Assembly: GCA_945861955.1 (NCBI GenBank)
Contig: CAMAWJ010000001.1
Span: forward strand, 1-44,362
DNA length: 44,362 nt
Reading direction: 5' to 3'
Origin: Bifidobacterium breve
Lineage (GTDB): Bacteria; Actinomycetota; Thermoleophilia; Gaiellales; F1-60-MAGs149
Numbering within the stretch: the first letter of the stretch is position 1; every line of letters starts with the position of its first letter. Below the pieces are notes generated by a model that made no database searches, was not told the origin of the DNA, and saw only the letters and a program-made list of their open reading frames with translations. The translations under genes and the position numbers were made by a program. This document shows, one piece after another, positions 35,774 through 43,748 of the stretch.

Positions 35774-37027
35774 GTGCGGTACCCCTACAGAGACATTCTT
35801 GGCGTTCCGTCTGTTCCGCGCCTGCTCGTCGCCGCGATCGTTGGTCGGATGCCTGTGGGAATGGGTGCACTCGCGCTGTTCCTGCTCGTTCGCGGTTCAG
35901 GCGGTTCGTACGCGATTGCGGGCCTCGCTGTGAGTGCCGCGACCCTCGGCACAAGTTTCGGATCGCCTGTTCTCGGCCGTCTGATCGACCGTCAGGGCCA
36001 GACCCGGGTGTTGGTTCTCAGCATGCTGGTCCAGGTGGCGTCTCTGCTGGCACTCGCAGTGCTTGCACCAGCCGGTGGCTTCCTCCTGTTCGGTCTCTGC
36101 GTGGTTTATGGCTTCTCGAATCCGCCACTCGCTGCCTCGATGCGAGCGGGGTGGTCGACGCTGTTCACCGACCGGAGCCAACTGACGCAGGCCTTTTCGC
36201 TCGATTCGACGGCTCAAGAGGTAATCTGGATTATGGGTCCGCTGCTCTCGGCAACCATCGCTGCCTCGATTGATCCGCGCGCGACGTTGGTTGCGATGGC
36301 TGCCTTCAGCGCGATCGGCGTGACCTGGTTCGCGACCTCGCAACAGAGCCGCACCTGGCGCTCGGCCCACGTGGGCGAGCGCCACCTCTTGGGTCCCCTC
36401 ACCGCAAGCCCGGTGCGGCGCGTCTTGGCGGCGATCCTCGGGCTCGCCTTCGCCTGGGGTGCCCTCGAGTTGGCGATTGCTGCCTATGCCGACTCGACGG
36501 ACCACAGCGCCGGACCACTGCTGGCGGTTTGGGCTGTGGGCAGCGTGGTCGGTGGGTTGCTGTTCGCACTTCGACGCTGGTCACAGCCGCCACAACGGAT
36601 GCTGGGAATCCTGTTGATCCTCAACTTTGTCGGCTTCGTCGTACTGCTGCTTGCACAGACGCCATGGCAACTCGCCGTGCTGCTCGCGGTCACCGGCGTG
36701 GTTAACGCGCCCGTGATTGCGACGCTGTACGTGTTGATCGAGTCGCTGGCGCCCCGCGGCACCGTGACAGAGGCCTTTACGTGGGTCTCGACAACGTTTA
36801 CAGTCGGCATTGGCGTTGGCGCGGCGAGCGCAGGTATCGTTTCGGACGCCATCGAGCCCCGCGCCGCGTTCTGGTTGGCAGTGATCGGGGGAGGAGTAGC
36901 AGTGCTTACCGCCGTACACTACCACCATGGGCGTCATAAAGATGACAAAGGGCGCGGTGACGAACGCGGTCGCGAACATCGCGCGGAAGGCACGGCGCGT
37001 AGGCCGGGAAGCGCCGGATTGCGATGA
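35774..37027 (+). CDS. MFS transporter
   Basis: 417 aa with about 12 TM helices and an MFS-like loop GRLIDRQG between TM2 and TM3. The C-terminal tail is charged. GTG start. Confidence 0.8.
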   Translation: MRYPYRDILGVPSVPRLLVAAIVGRMPVGMGALALFLLVRGSGGSYAIAGLAVSAATLGTSFGSPVLGRLIDRQGQTRVLVLSMLVQVASLLALAVLAPAGGFLLFGLCVVYGFSNPPLAASMRAGWSTLFTDRSQLTQAFSLDSTAQEVIWIMGPLLSATIAASIDPRATLVAMAAFSAIGVTWFATSQQSRTWRSAHVGERHLLGPLTASPVRRVLAAILGLAFAWGALELAIAAYADSTDHSAGPLLAVWAVGSVVGGLLFALRRWSQPPQRMLGILLILNFVGFVVLLLAQTPWQLAVLLAVTGVVNAPVIATLYVLIESLAPRGTVTEAFTWVSTTFTVGIGVGAASAGIVSDAIEPRAAFWLAVIGGGVAVLTAVHYHHGRHKDDKGRGDERGREHRAEGTARRPGSAGLR

Positions 37028-37874
37028 AGCTATCGTGATCCAAGCGGACGATCTGCTCACACTGCACGAGGCCGCAGCGATTGTTGGGTGCCATTACCAG
37101 ACGCTCTATCGGCATGTGCGGGCGGGGGAATTGAAGGCGTTGATGGCAGGCGGCACCTACCGCATTCAACGCGGCGATCTTGAGTCGTGGCTGAGCGATC
37201 GTGACGCACGCCATGGTGCCGTTCCGCAGCGCAACACGCGCAGTTGGCCCAAGCTTGTGACGAACCTGCTCGATGCGCTGCTGGCGGGTGACGTCCGAGC
37301 CGCTCGACAGCAGACGGAACGACTGCTCGCCGGTGGAGCGACAATGGCGTATCTCTGTGATCACCTGTACGGCCCAGCCCTTTACCAGGTGGGCGCGCTT
37401 TGGAGCGACGATCAGCTGAGCATCGGGGTCGAGCACCGCGCCTCGCGTATCGTTGAGGGCCTACTCGCTCACAGCACTTCACGAACGAGCAAGCCAGGCC
37501 CGCGCATCGGCGTCGTCATCGTCGCCGCACCGCTGGGCGATCGACATTCCCTCGCCACGCAAATGGTTGCCGCCGGCCTTCACGCTGAAGGCTTTCACGT
37601 CCACTACCTAGGTGCGGATCTGCCTGTTGCCGAGATCGTCCAGATGGCAGAACGCGAGCAGGCAGACCTCGTTGCCCTATCGTGCTGCGTTGTCGATCGT
37701 GAGGGTCTAAGCGCTGCCCTTGCCGCATTGAAAGCAGCGGGGTTCTCGACGCTTGTCGGAGGTCACGGCATCAGCGAAAGCGAGGCACTGACACTCGGCG
37801 CGACGTGTTACGGCGCGTCAATCGAGGATGCTCAGCTGCTTGCGCGCGGACTCGTTCGCAGCAGTGCGAACTAA
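36927..37874 (+). CDS. Transcriptional regulator: excisionase-type HTH fused to a cobalamin (B12)-binding module (CarH/LitR-like architecture)
   Basis: The HTH reads LLTLHEAAAIVGCHYQTLYRHVRAGELKA. The helical bundle carries W159-x9-E169-H170 (ALWSDDQLSIGVEH). The Rossmann B12 domain has GD205RH207SLA...YLGADLP...ALSCCV...LVGGHG. TACACT ends 6 nt upstream of ATG 36927. An alternative GTG lies at 37035. Confidence 0.75.
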   Translation: MGVIKMTKGAVTNAVANIARKARRVGREAPDCDEAIVIQADDLLTLHEAAAIVGCHYQTLYRHVRAGELKALMAGGTYRIQRGDLESWLSDRDARHGAVPQRNTRSWPKLVTNLLDALLAGDVRAARQQTERLLAGGATMAYLCDHLYGPALYQVGALWSDDQLSIGVEHRASRIVEGLLAHSTSRTSKPGPRIGVVIVAAPLGDRHSLATQMVAAGLHAEGFHVHYLGADLPVAEIVQMAEREQADLVALSCCVVDREGLSAALAALKAAGFSTLVGGHGISESEALTLGATCYGASIEDAQLLARGLVRSSAN

Positions 37875-40009
37875 CGCTCGCCGCGTTCTGCCCGTCGAAT
37901 CCGCTCTGCCGACTCTTCGCGTCGTGTCAACCGGTCCTGATTGTCAGGAGTCGAACCGGCGACTGCCTCGTGCATCAATGCCTCTTGGGCAAAGATCAGT
38001 GCCTCGCCGGAGGCTGGTCGGCGACGAATCCATTCGCCGTCGGCCTGTAAATTCCACGAACCAGAATTGTCGGCTAGCTCGAGATCGAGCACCCCGTGAA
38101 TGCGTTCTCGCAGATCAGCATCACGCACCGGCGTAATCACCTCGATTCGCGAATCCAGATTACGCGGCATCATGTCGGCGCTGCCGATGTACGTCGTCGT
38201 TCCAACTTCGGTGACGAACCGAAAGACCCGCGCGTGCTCGAGGAAGCGACCAAGAATCGAAATCACCCGGATGTTTTCCGACAGTCCTTCGACACCGGGA
38301 CGTAGGCAACAGATGCCGCGCACGATCAGATCGATCGACACGCCGGCCTGAGAGGCGTCGTACAACTCGTCAATAATCTCGGGGTCAACGAGCGAGTTCA
38401 TCTTCAGCGTAATGCTGGCGGGCGCCGCTTCGGTGTGCTCGCGCGCGCAGCGACGAATCTCTTCAACGACCTGGCGACGGAGATGTATTGGAGCAGTCCA
38501 AATCGCATGGAAGCCCTGTGGCCGAGCAAACCCCGTCAACTGATTGAAGAGATCCGCGACGTCAGCGGTGATCTCTTCGTCGCAGGTAAAGATGCCGAAG
38601 TCGGTATAGGCGCGGGCGGTGGAGGGATGGTAGTTCCCCGTGCCGATGTGGACATAGCGTCGCGTGCGCTCCCCTTCGCGACGCACCACAAGCGCGAGCT
38701 TGCAGTGTGTCTTTAGCCCCACGCTGCCATGCACAACGTGGACGCCGGCTCGCTCCAGAGCACGAGCCCAGCGAATGTTGCGCTCCTCGTCAAAGCGGGC
38801 CGTCACCTCGACGAGTGCCACGGCCTGCTTACCTTCCTCGGCGGCGACAGCGAGCGCCGGCACGATTGGAGCGTCGCCACTGGTGCGGTAGATCGTGTGT
38901 TTGATCGCGAGCACATTCGGATCGGCGACTGCTTGCTCCACGAAGCGCTCGACCGATGCGCTGAAGGACTCGTACGGATGATGTACAAGGATGTCGGCTT
39001 TGCGGATCTCGGCAAACATGTCGACGGGCTTGTCGTCGTCTGCCGTCAAGCGGGCGGGCACCTGAGGCTGCCAGGGGCTAAAGCGAAGATCCGGGCGACC
39101 GACCTTGGTCAGCACACCAAGACCGCTGAGGTCGAGCGGTGGACGAATCGCAAACACTTGGCGTAGATCAACGTCGAGCGCCTCAATCAGCGTCGAGCGC
39201 ATATCCGCGGGCATCGACTCATCGATCTCGAGCCGCACGACATCGCCAAAGCGGCGGCGTGAAAGCTCTCGCTCGACGGCCTCCAACAGGTCGTCAGCGC
39301 CTTCTTGAATCTGGAAATCCGCATCGCGTGTGACCCGAAACGTGCTCGACCCCACGATCTCCATCCCCGGGAACAGCGCCGGCAGACCGTTAGCAATCAC
39401 CTCGTCGATTCGTACAAAGCGCGAGCGCTCGCCAACTTGAATCAACCGTGGGAGCACCTCAGGGACCTTGACGCGTGCGAAACGCGTCTCGCCCGTCGAC
39501 GGGTCACGCACGGTCACTCCGACCGAGAGTGAGAGGTTCGAGATGTACGGAAACGGCTGCCCTGGACCGACAGCGAGTGGAGTTAGGACGGGGTAGAGCT
39601 GCTGATCAAAGATCGTCTCCAACTGCTCGCGCTCCTCCGAAGAACAGGCAGTTAGCGGGACGATCTCGATACCTTCGGCGGCGAGCGCCGGAAGCAGGTC
39701 GGAATGAAGCGTGTCCTCGAGTTCGCTCTGCATCGAGCGGTAGCGCGCGGCGATCTCGTCGAGCGTCACCTGAGGTGGCGTACCATCCGACGGCTCGGTG
39801 CTGTGGACCACGTGGTCGATCAGTCCTGCCACTCGAACCATGAAGAACTCGTCGAGGTTGTTGGCGTAGATCATGCAGAAGCGGATCTGCTCCAACAGTG
39901 GCACGGAAGGGTCACCTGCGAGTTCCAGCACGCGGTGGTTGAAGGCCAGCCACGAGATCTCGCGATTGAACAACCGACTCTCAACAGGGATGGCTTCCGT
40001 CGAACTCAC
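37871..40009 (-). CDS. ppk: Polyphosphate kinase 1
   Basis: 712 aa. The N-terminus FNREISWLAFNHRVLELA is present, as are the two PLD-like HKD-type segments (KTHCKLALVVRRE; the RFLEHARVF region). Confidence 0.95.
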   Translation of the reverse strand: MSSTEAIPVESRLFNREISWLAFNHRVLELAGDPSVPLLEQIRFCMIYANNLDEFFMVRVAGLIDHVVHSTEPSDGTPPQVTLDEIAARYRSMQSELEDTLHSDLLPALAAEGIEIVPLTACSSEEREQLETIFDQQLYPVLTPLAVGPGQPFPYISNLSLSVGVTVRDPSTGETRFARVKVPEVLPRLIQVGERSRFVRIDEVIANGLPALFPGMEIVGSSTFRVTRDADFQIQEGADDLLEAVERELSRRRFGDVVRLEIDESMPADMRSTLIEALDVDLRQVFAIRPPLDLSGLGVLTKVGRPDLRFSPWQPQVPARLTADDDKPVDMFAEIRKADILVHHPYESFSASVERFVEQAVADPNVLAIKHTIYRTSGDAPIVPALAVAAEEGKQAVALVEVTARFDEERNIRWARALERAGVHVVHGSVGLKTHCKLALVVRREGERTRRYVHIGTGNYHPSTARAYTDFGIFTCDEEITADVADLFNQLTGFARPQGFHAIWTAPIHLRRQVVEEIRRCAREHTEAAPASITLKMNSLVDPEIIDELYDASQAGVSIDLIVRGICCLRPGVEGLSENIRVISILGRFLEHARVFRFVTEVGTTTYIGSADMMPRNLDSRIEVITPVRDADLRERIHGVLDLELADNSGSWNLQADGEWIRRRPASGEALIFAQEALMHEAVAGSTPDNQDRLTRREESAERIRRAERGER

Positions 40010-40157
40010 GCCAGCATCGTACCGACAGTTGGCGATTGTCGGTCAACGCACCACCAATCGTTCACACTCAACGAGTCTGAGGGGTGCGAAGCGCCGGGGC
40101 GTTGTATTGTGTCAACGGTTCCAATCGCGCGAAACCCACCGCGATCTCCTAATCAGG

Positions 40158-40838
40158 ATGCAACGAATGACGACAACACTTGATGATGATCTTCGAGCGC
40201 TATGCGACGGGATTCAGGCCACCGGGCGTCTCACTGCCGAGGCCGTAACATCGGCCACGCGCGCCCTTGTCGACTGGAGTGCCGAGGCCTTCGAGTCGAC
40301 CTTGAAGGCTGAAGACACTGTCAAAGCGCTGTACGAAGAGACCGAGGTCTTGGTCGAATCGATATTGGCTACGCATGCACTTCAAGGCACCCAGTTGCGG
40401 ACCGTGCTGGCGGCGCTTCATATCAATCGAAGCCTCGAGCGCGCCGCCCACAACGCGGCTCGTGTCGCCCATCTGGCAACCCCACCGCCACGCCGCTCGC
40501 TCGTCGATGAGGCCGTAATCGCCGATGCTCTTCGAGCGATGGGCGACCGTGGCGCCGAGATGGTGCGCACCGCAGCCGACACGTTTGAGCGACGCGATGC
40601 AAATGCCGCGCGATTCCTATCCGCGTTAGACGAACTTGTGGATCGGGAGAACGAGAAGATCGCGGACACGATCTTGATGATGGAATACAACGATCCTGAA
40701 TTGCGTAAGTGGGCTGCGCGGATGCTGTTTGCAGGTCGCTGGCTGGAGCGAGTCGGCGACCACGCGGTCAATGTGGCTGAACGTACCACGTATATGGTGT
40801 CGGACAGATCGACGACAGCACCGCCCGGACCGGCCTAG
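40158..40838 (+). CDS. phoU: Phosphate signalling complex protein PhoU
   Basis: The tail of ORF 39873..40838. It shows the two-repeat PhoU pattern, ending with LERVGDHAVNVAERTTYMV. An alternative ATG at 40167 has AGGA 8 nt upstream. Confidence 0.85.
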   Translation: MQRMTTTLDDDLRALCDGIQATGRLTAEAVTSATRALVDWSAEAFESTLKAEDTVKALYEETEVLVESILATHALQGTQLRTVLAALHINRSLERAAHNAARVAHLATPPPRRSLVDEAVIADALRAMGDRGAEMVRTAADTFERRDANAARFLSALDELVDRENEKIADTILMMEYNDPELRKWAARMLFAGRWLERVGDHAVNVAERTTYMVSDRSTTAPPGPA

Positions 40839-40878
40839 GCCACTGCTTGCGTTCTTCGTGCAATCAGTGTTGTACGAG

Positions 40879-40953
40879 GGTGAGCGGTGGGACTCGAACC
40901 CACGACCGCCGAGACCACAACCCGGAGCTACCACCAGCTGAGCTACGCCCACC
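40879..40953 (-). tRNA. tRNA-His (anticodon GUG) with encoded G-1
   Basis: The reverse complement reads G-GTGGGCGTAGCTCAGCTGGTGGTAGCTCCGGGTTGTGGTCTCGGCGGTCGTGGGTTCGAGTCCCACCGCTCACC. The anticodon loop is TTGTGGT, and the extra 5' G pairs with discriminator C. Confidence 0.9.
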
Positions 40954-41024
40954 ACGTCCCGCTTGCGCGAGCGGCGTGAGTATACAACGAACCCGCCGAT
41001 CTGCCAGCCCGTTAGAATGTAGGT

Positions 41025-41762
41025 ATGGCGACCGTGCTGATTGTCGAAGACGACGAAGTCCTTGCAGGTGTCATGCGACGACACCTGTCGAAGGCGGGTC
41101 ACGACGTGGAGTGGGCCGCCGATGGCGAGCGCGGATTGCGCAAGATTCGGTTCGAGCGCCCAGACGTATGCGTCATCGATCTGATGATGCCGGGAACAGA
41201 TGGCTGGGGCCTAATTGAACAGATCCGCACCGAAGGCGTGACGACCCCGGTGATCGTGCTATCAGCTCGCTCGAGCGAGCACGACAAGGTCCATACGCTT
41301 GGCATCGGAGCCGATGACTATCTCGTCAAGCCTGCGTCGATGCGAGAGCTTGTGGCTCGTGTTGAGGCCGCGCTGCGGCGTTCGGGGCGCACGCCGGCAG
41401 CCGCCCCCGAGCGCGACGAACTCCCGCTCGAGGCGCCTGGAATCCGCATCGATTTCCGCATCCACCGTGCCTTGATCGAGATGGCGGACGGATCGTGGGT
41501 CGATGCCGAACTTACCGTTCGCGAGTTTCGTCTGCTCGTCACGCTTGCGCGGGAGCGAGGACGCGTGCTCAGTCGAGACGAGCTCCAACAGCGGGTCTGG
41601 GGTTCGCCGCACCGTCCGCGGGACCGCATCGTCGACGTCTGTGTTCGTAAATTGCGCGAGAAGCTGGACATGCGATCGCCGGAGTACTCGTTTATCCAGA
41701 CGCACTATGGGGTCGGCTATCGCTTCGAGCCCGAATCCAAAGGCCCAACTCCCGTTACGTAG
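41025..41762 (+). CDS. OmpR/PhoB-family response regulator (paralogue 1)
   Basis: The receiver domain reads VLIVEDDE...CVIDLMMPGTDG...VIVLSAR...GADDYLVKP. The winged helix reads LTVREFRLLVTLA...VDVCVRKLREKLD...GVGYRF. TAGAAT ends 6 nt upstream of the ATG. Confidence 0.9.
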   Translation: MATVLIVEDDEVLAGVMRRHLSKAGHDVEWAADGERGLRKIRFERPDVCVIDLMMPGTDGWGLIEQIRTEGVTTPVIVLSARSSEHDKVHTLGIGADDYLVKPASMRELVARVEAALRRSGRTPAAAPERDELPLEAPGIRIDFRIHRALIEMADGSWVDAELTVREFRLLVTLARERGRVLSRDELQQRVWGSPHRPRDRIVDVCVRKLREKLDMRSPEYSFIQTHYGVGYRFEPESKGPTPVT

Positions 41763-42870
41763 CGAGCGGAAGGACGATGCGAATTGTCGTGCCGGTGGCG
41801 CCGTCGGATTCGGCAGCGACCGTGCCTCCGTGTGCCTCGATGATGTGTTTCACCAACGCCAGCCCGAGTCCCGATCCGGGGCCGCTGCGTGCAGCGTCGC
41901 CACGATAAAACCGCTGGAAGACGAATGGCAGGTGCGCAGCGTCAATGCCACCACCGGTGTCACTCACGGTCACATAAGCCTGACCTTGAGCCGTGTTGAC
42001 TGTCACGTCGACTTTCGCCTCAGGGCCGCCGTGAATCAGTGCGTTGTCCACCAAGTTCTGGATCACGACCTCATAGAGGCGAGCAGCGACCGGCACGTCG
42101 ACCTCATCAGCAGCGGTCAAGGTAATCTCGCGACCGCGACCGATCCGACGCTGCTGCGCGTCGGCAACGACGTGGGCTGCCATCGCGCATGCGTCCGTAA
42201 TGCCGTCGGCAACCGCCAGACGCCCGCGATCAAGCGCAGCAAGAAGCAACATCTCGTCGATCAGCCTCCGCATCCCGTCGACTTCGGTCTCAATCTGCAT
42301 CACGAGCTCGTCGCGTTCGTCTTCGATATCTGGCAGCGCCAGCGTCTCCGCGAGCCCAAGAATGCGCGCCAGCGGGGTCCGCAACTCGTGGGAAACCGCG
42401 GCCGAGAAGGTACGACGGGCTTCCTCGAAATCCACGTCCTCGGTGACATCCTGGAGCATCACGAGGACGCCCTTCGTGTAGCGCAGCGCCGTCACTCTGA
42501 GCGAGCGCGCGGGGTCGAGAAAGACCGTCTCGAGTGCGACGCTGTCGGCGCCGTGCATCACGCGCGCAACAACCTCGGCGAGCGACGGCGACCATGCCTC
42601 CGGCTCACCACCGATTGTCAGGATTGGAAACTCACGTGCGCCGAGCGAGCTAATCTGGACGATGCGGCCATCCGTACTGACCGTAAAGCAGGCTACAGGG
42701 ATCGCCTCGACGAGCACACGTGCGTCGATCTGCCACGTCGGATCGCCGACAACAGGATTCGCGGCGATCACCAGATCGCGCCTGAAATTCGATCGGCGCA
42801 ACAATCGGGAACCAAACAACCCCGCGATTACGCCGCAGGCAACGAGGAGGGCGGCGTAGAGAAGTTGCAT
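41755..42870 (-). CDS. Sensor histidine kinase (HisKA + HATPase_c, single N-terminal TM helix, PAS-like linker)
   Basis: H-box FSAAVSHELRTPLARI, N-box LVDNALIHGG, G1 VSDTGGGID and G2 GSGLGLALV. ORF track 41755..42957 trimmed to Met30 (CAT 42868-42870, MQLLYAALLVACGVIAG). TACTGT ends 6 nt upstream. Confidence 0.88.
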   Translation of the reverse strand: MQLLYAALLVACGVIAGLFGSRLLRRSNFRRDLVIAANPVVGDPTWQIDARVLVEAIPVACFTVSTDGRIVQISSLGAREFPILTIGGEPEAWSPSLAEVVARVMHGADSVALETVFLDPARSLRVTALRYTKGVLVMLQDVTEDVDFEEARRTFSAAVSHELRTPLARILGLAETLALPDIEDERDELVMQIETEVDGMRRLIDEMLLLAALDRGRLAVADGITDACAMAAHVVADAQQRRIGRGREITLTAADEVDVPVAARLYEVVIQNLVDNALIHGGPEAKVDVTVNTAQGQAYVTVSDTGGGIDAAHLPFVFQRFYRGDAARSGPGSGLGLALVKHIIEAHGGTVAAESDGATGTTIRIVLPLAT

Positions 42871-42993
42871 TGGGCAACAGTACCCGGCAAACGGACGGTT
42901 CGTGACACCCGTGCTCAACAGGCACCACTTCGTTACCACCCCGGGACCATGCTGCAACCCATCACCGACAACCAGCCCCGTAGCCTGCTGTCA

Positions 42994-43719
42994 ATGCCAA
43001 GCGTTCTCGTAATCGAAGACGACCCCATCCTCGGAAAAGCGATGGTCATGCACCTACGGCATGCCGGCTTCGATGTCGACCTCGCCGAGGATGGTGAACG
43101 CGGCCTGCGTCGCCTCCGCCACGCCCGCCCAGACGTAGCCGTGATCGATCTAATGCTGCCTGGCCTCGACGGCTGGGCGGTGACCGAGGCGATCCGCGAG
43201 GACCATCTTGGTGTGCCCGTGATCGTCGTCTCGGCGCGCGGCTCCGAGCATGACAAGGTCCACACGCTCGAGATTGGCGCTGACGATTACCTTTCCAAGC
43301 CATTTGGCATGCGCGAGTTGATTGCGCGGATCGAAGCGCTCCTTCGTCGCACGCGTCTGGTCGCGGCCTCCGAGCCGCGCGGCGATGCGATTGAGGTCGA
43401 CGGGCTGCGCATTGATCCGGACCTGCGACGCGCGTTTATTCGCATCGCGCCGGGACAGGCGCCGTCCGATTGGATCGATAGTCAGTTGACACCCACCGAG
43501 TTTCGCCTCGTCGTCGCCTTGGCCCGCCAAGAGGGACGCGCGCTCTCGCGTGACGAGTTGCAGCGGCGCGTCTGGGGCATCCCCTATCGACACCGTGATC
43601 GCACAGTTGACGTGTGCGTGCGTAAGATCCGCGAGAAGCTCGATCGGCAGAGCGAAACCCACGACTACGTGCATACGCACTATGGCGTTGGGTATCGCTT
43701 CGCAGCCGAACCGCGCTAG
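42994..43719 (+). CDS. OmpR/PhoB-family response regulator (paralogue 2)
   Basis: The tail of the 738-aa ORF 41503..43719. It reads MPSVLVIEDDP...AVIDLMLPGLDG...VIVVSAR...GADDYLSKP...LTPTEFRLVVALA...VDVCVRKIREKLD...GVGYRF. TAGCCT ends 7 nt upstream of ATG 42994. An alternative ATG lies at 42949. Confidence 0.88.
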   Translation: MPSVLVIEDDPILGKAMVMHLRHAGFDVDLAEDGERGLRRLRHARPDVAVIDLMLPGLDGWAVTEAIREDHLGVPVIVVSARGSEHDKVHTLEIGADDYLSKPFGMRELIARIEALLRRTRLVAASEPRGDAIEVDGLRIDPDLRRAFIRIAPGQAPSDWIDSQLTPTEFRLVVALARQEGRALSRDELQRRVWGIPYRHRDRTVDVCVRKIREKLDRQSETHDYVHTHYGVGYRFAAEPR

Positions 43720-43748
43720 CGCACCTTTCACCCCGATAGACTGAGCGC

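Noticed and set aside
40022-40070. Pho-box-like GTTCACA and a small palindrome CCGACA-N9-TGTCGG in the ppk/phoU divergent region
   Set aside because: Only one 7-mer resembles the actinobacterial PHO direct-repeat unit, and the adjacent 11-nt unit does not match. The 6-bp palindrome is too short to be meaningful without comparative data.
41503-42993. N-terminal 497 aa of the 738-aa plus-strand ORF that ends as response regulator 2
   Set aside because: This part is antisense to the histidine kinase, which has clear H, N, G1 and G2 boxes, and it has an Arg-rich shadow composition. The receiver domain begins only at MPSVLVIEDD (42994).
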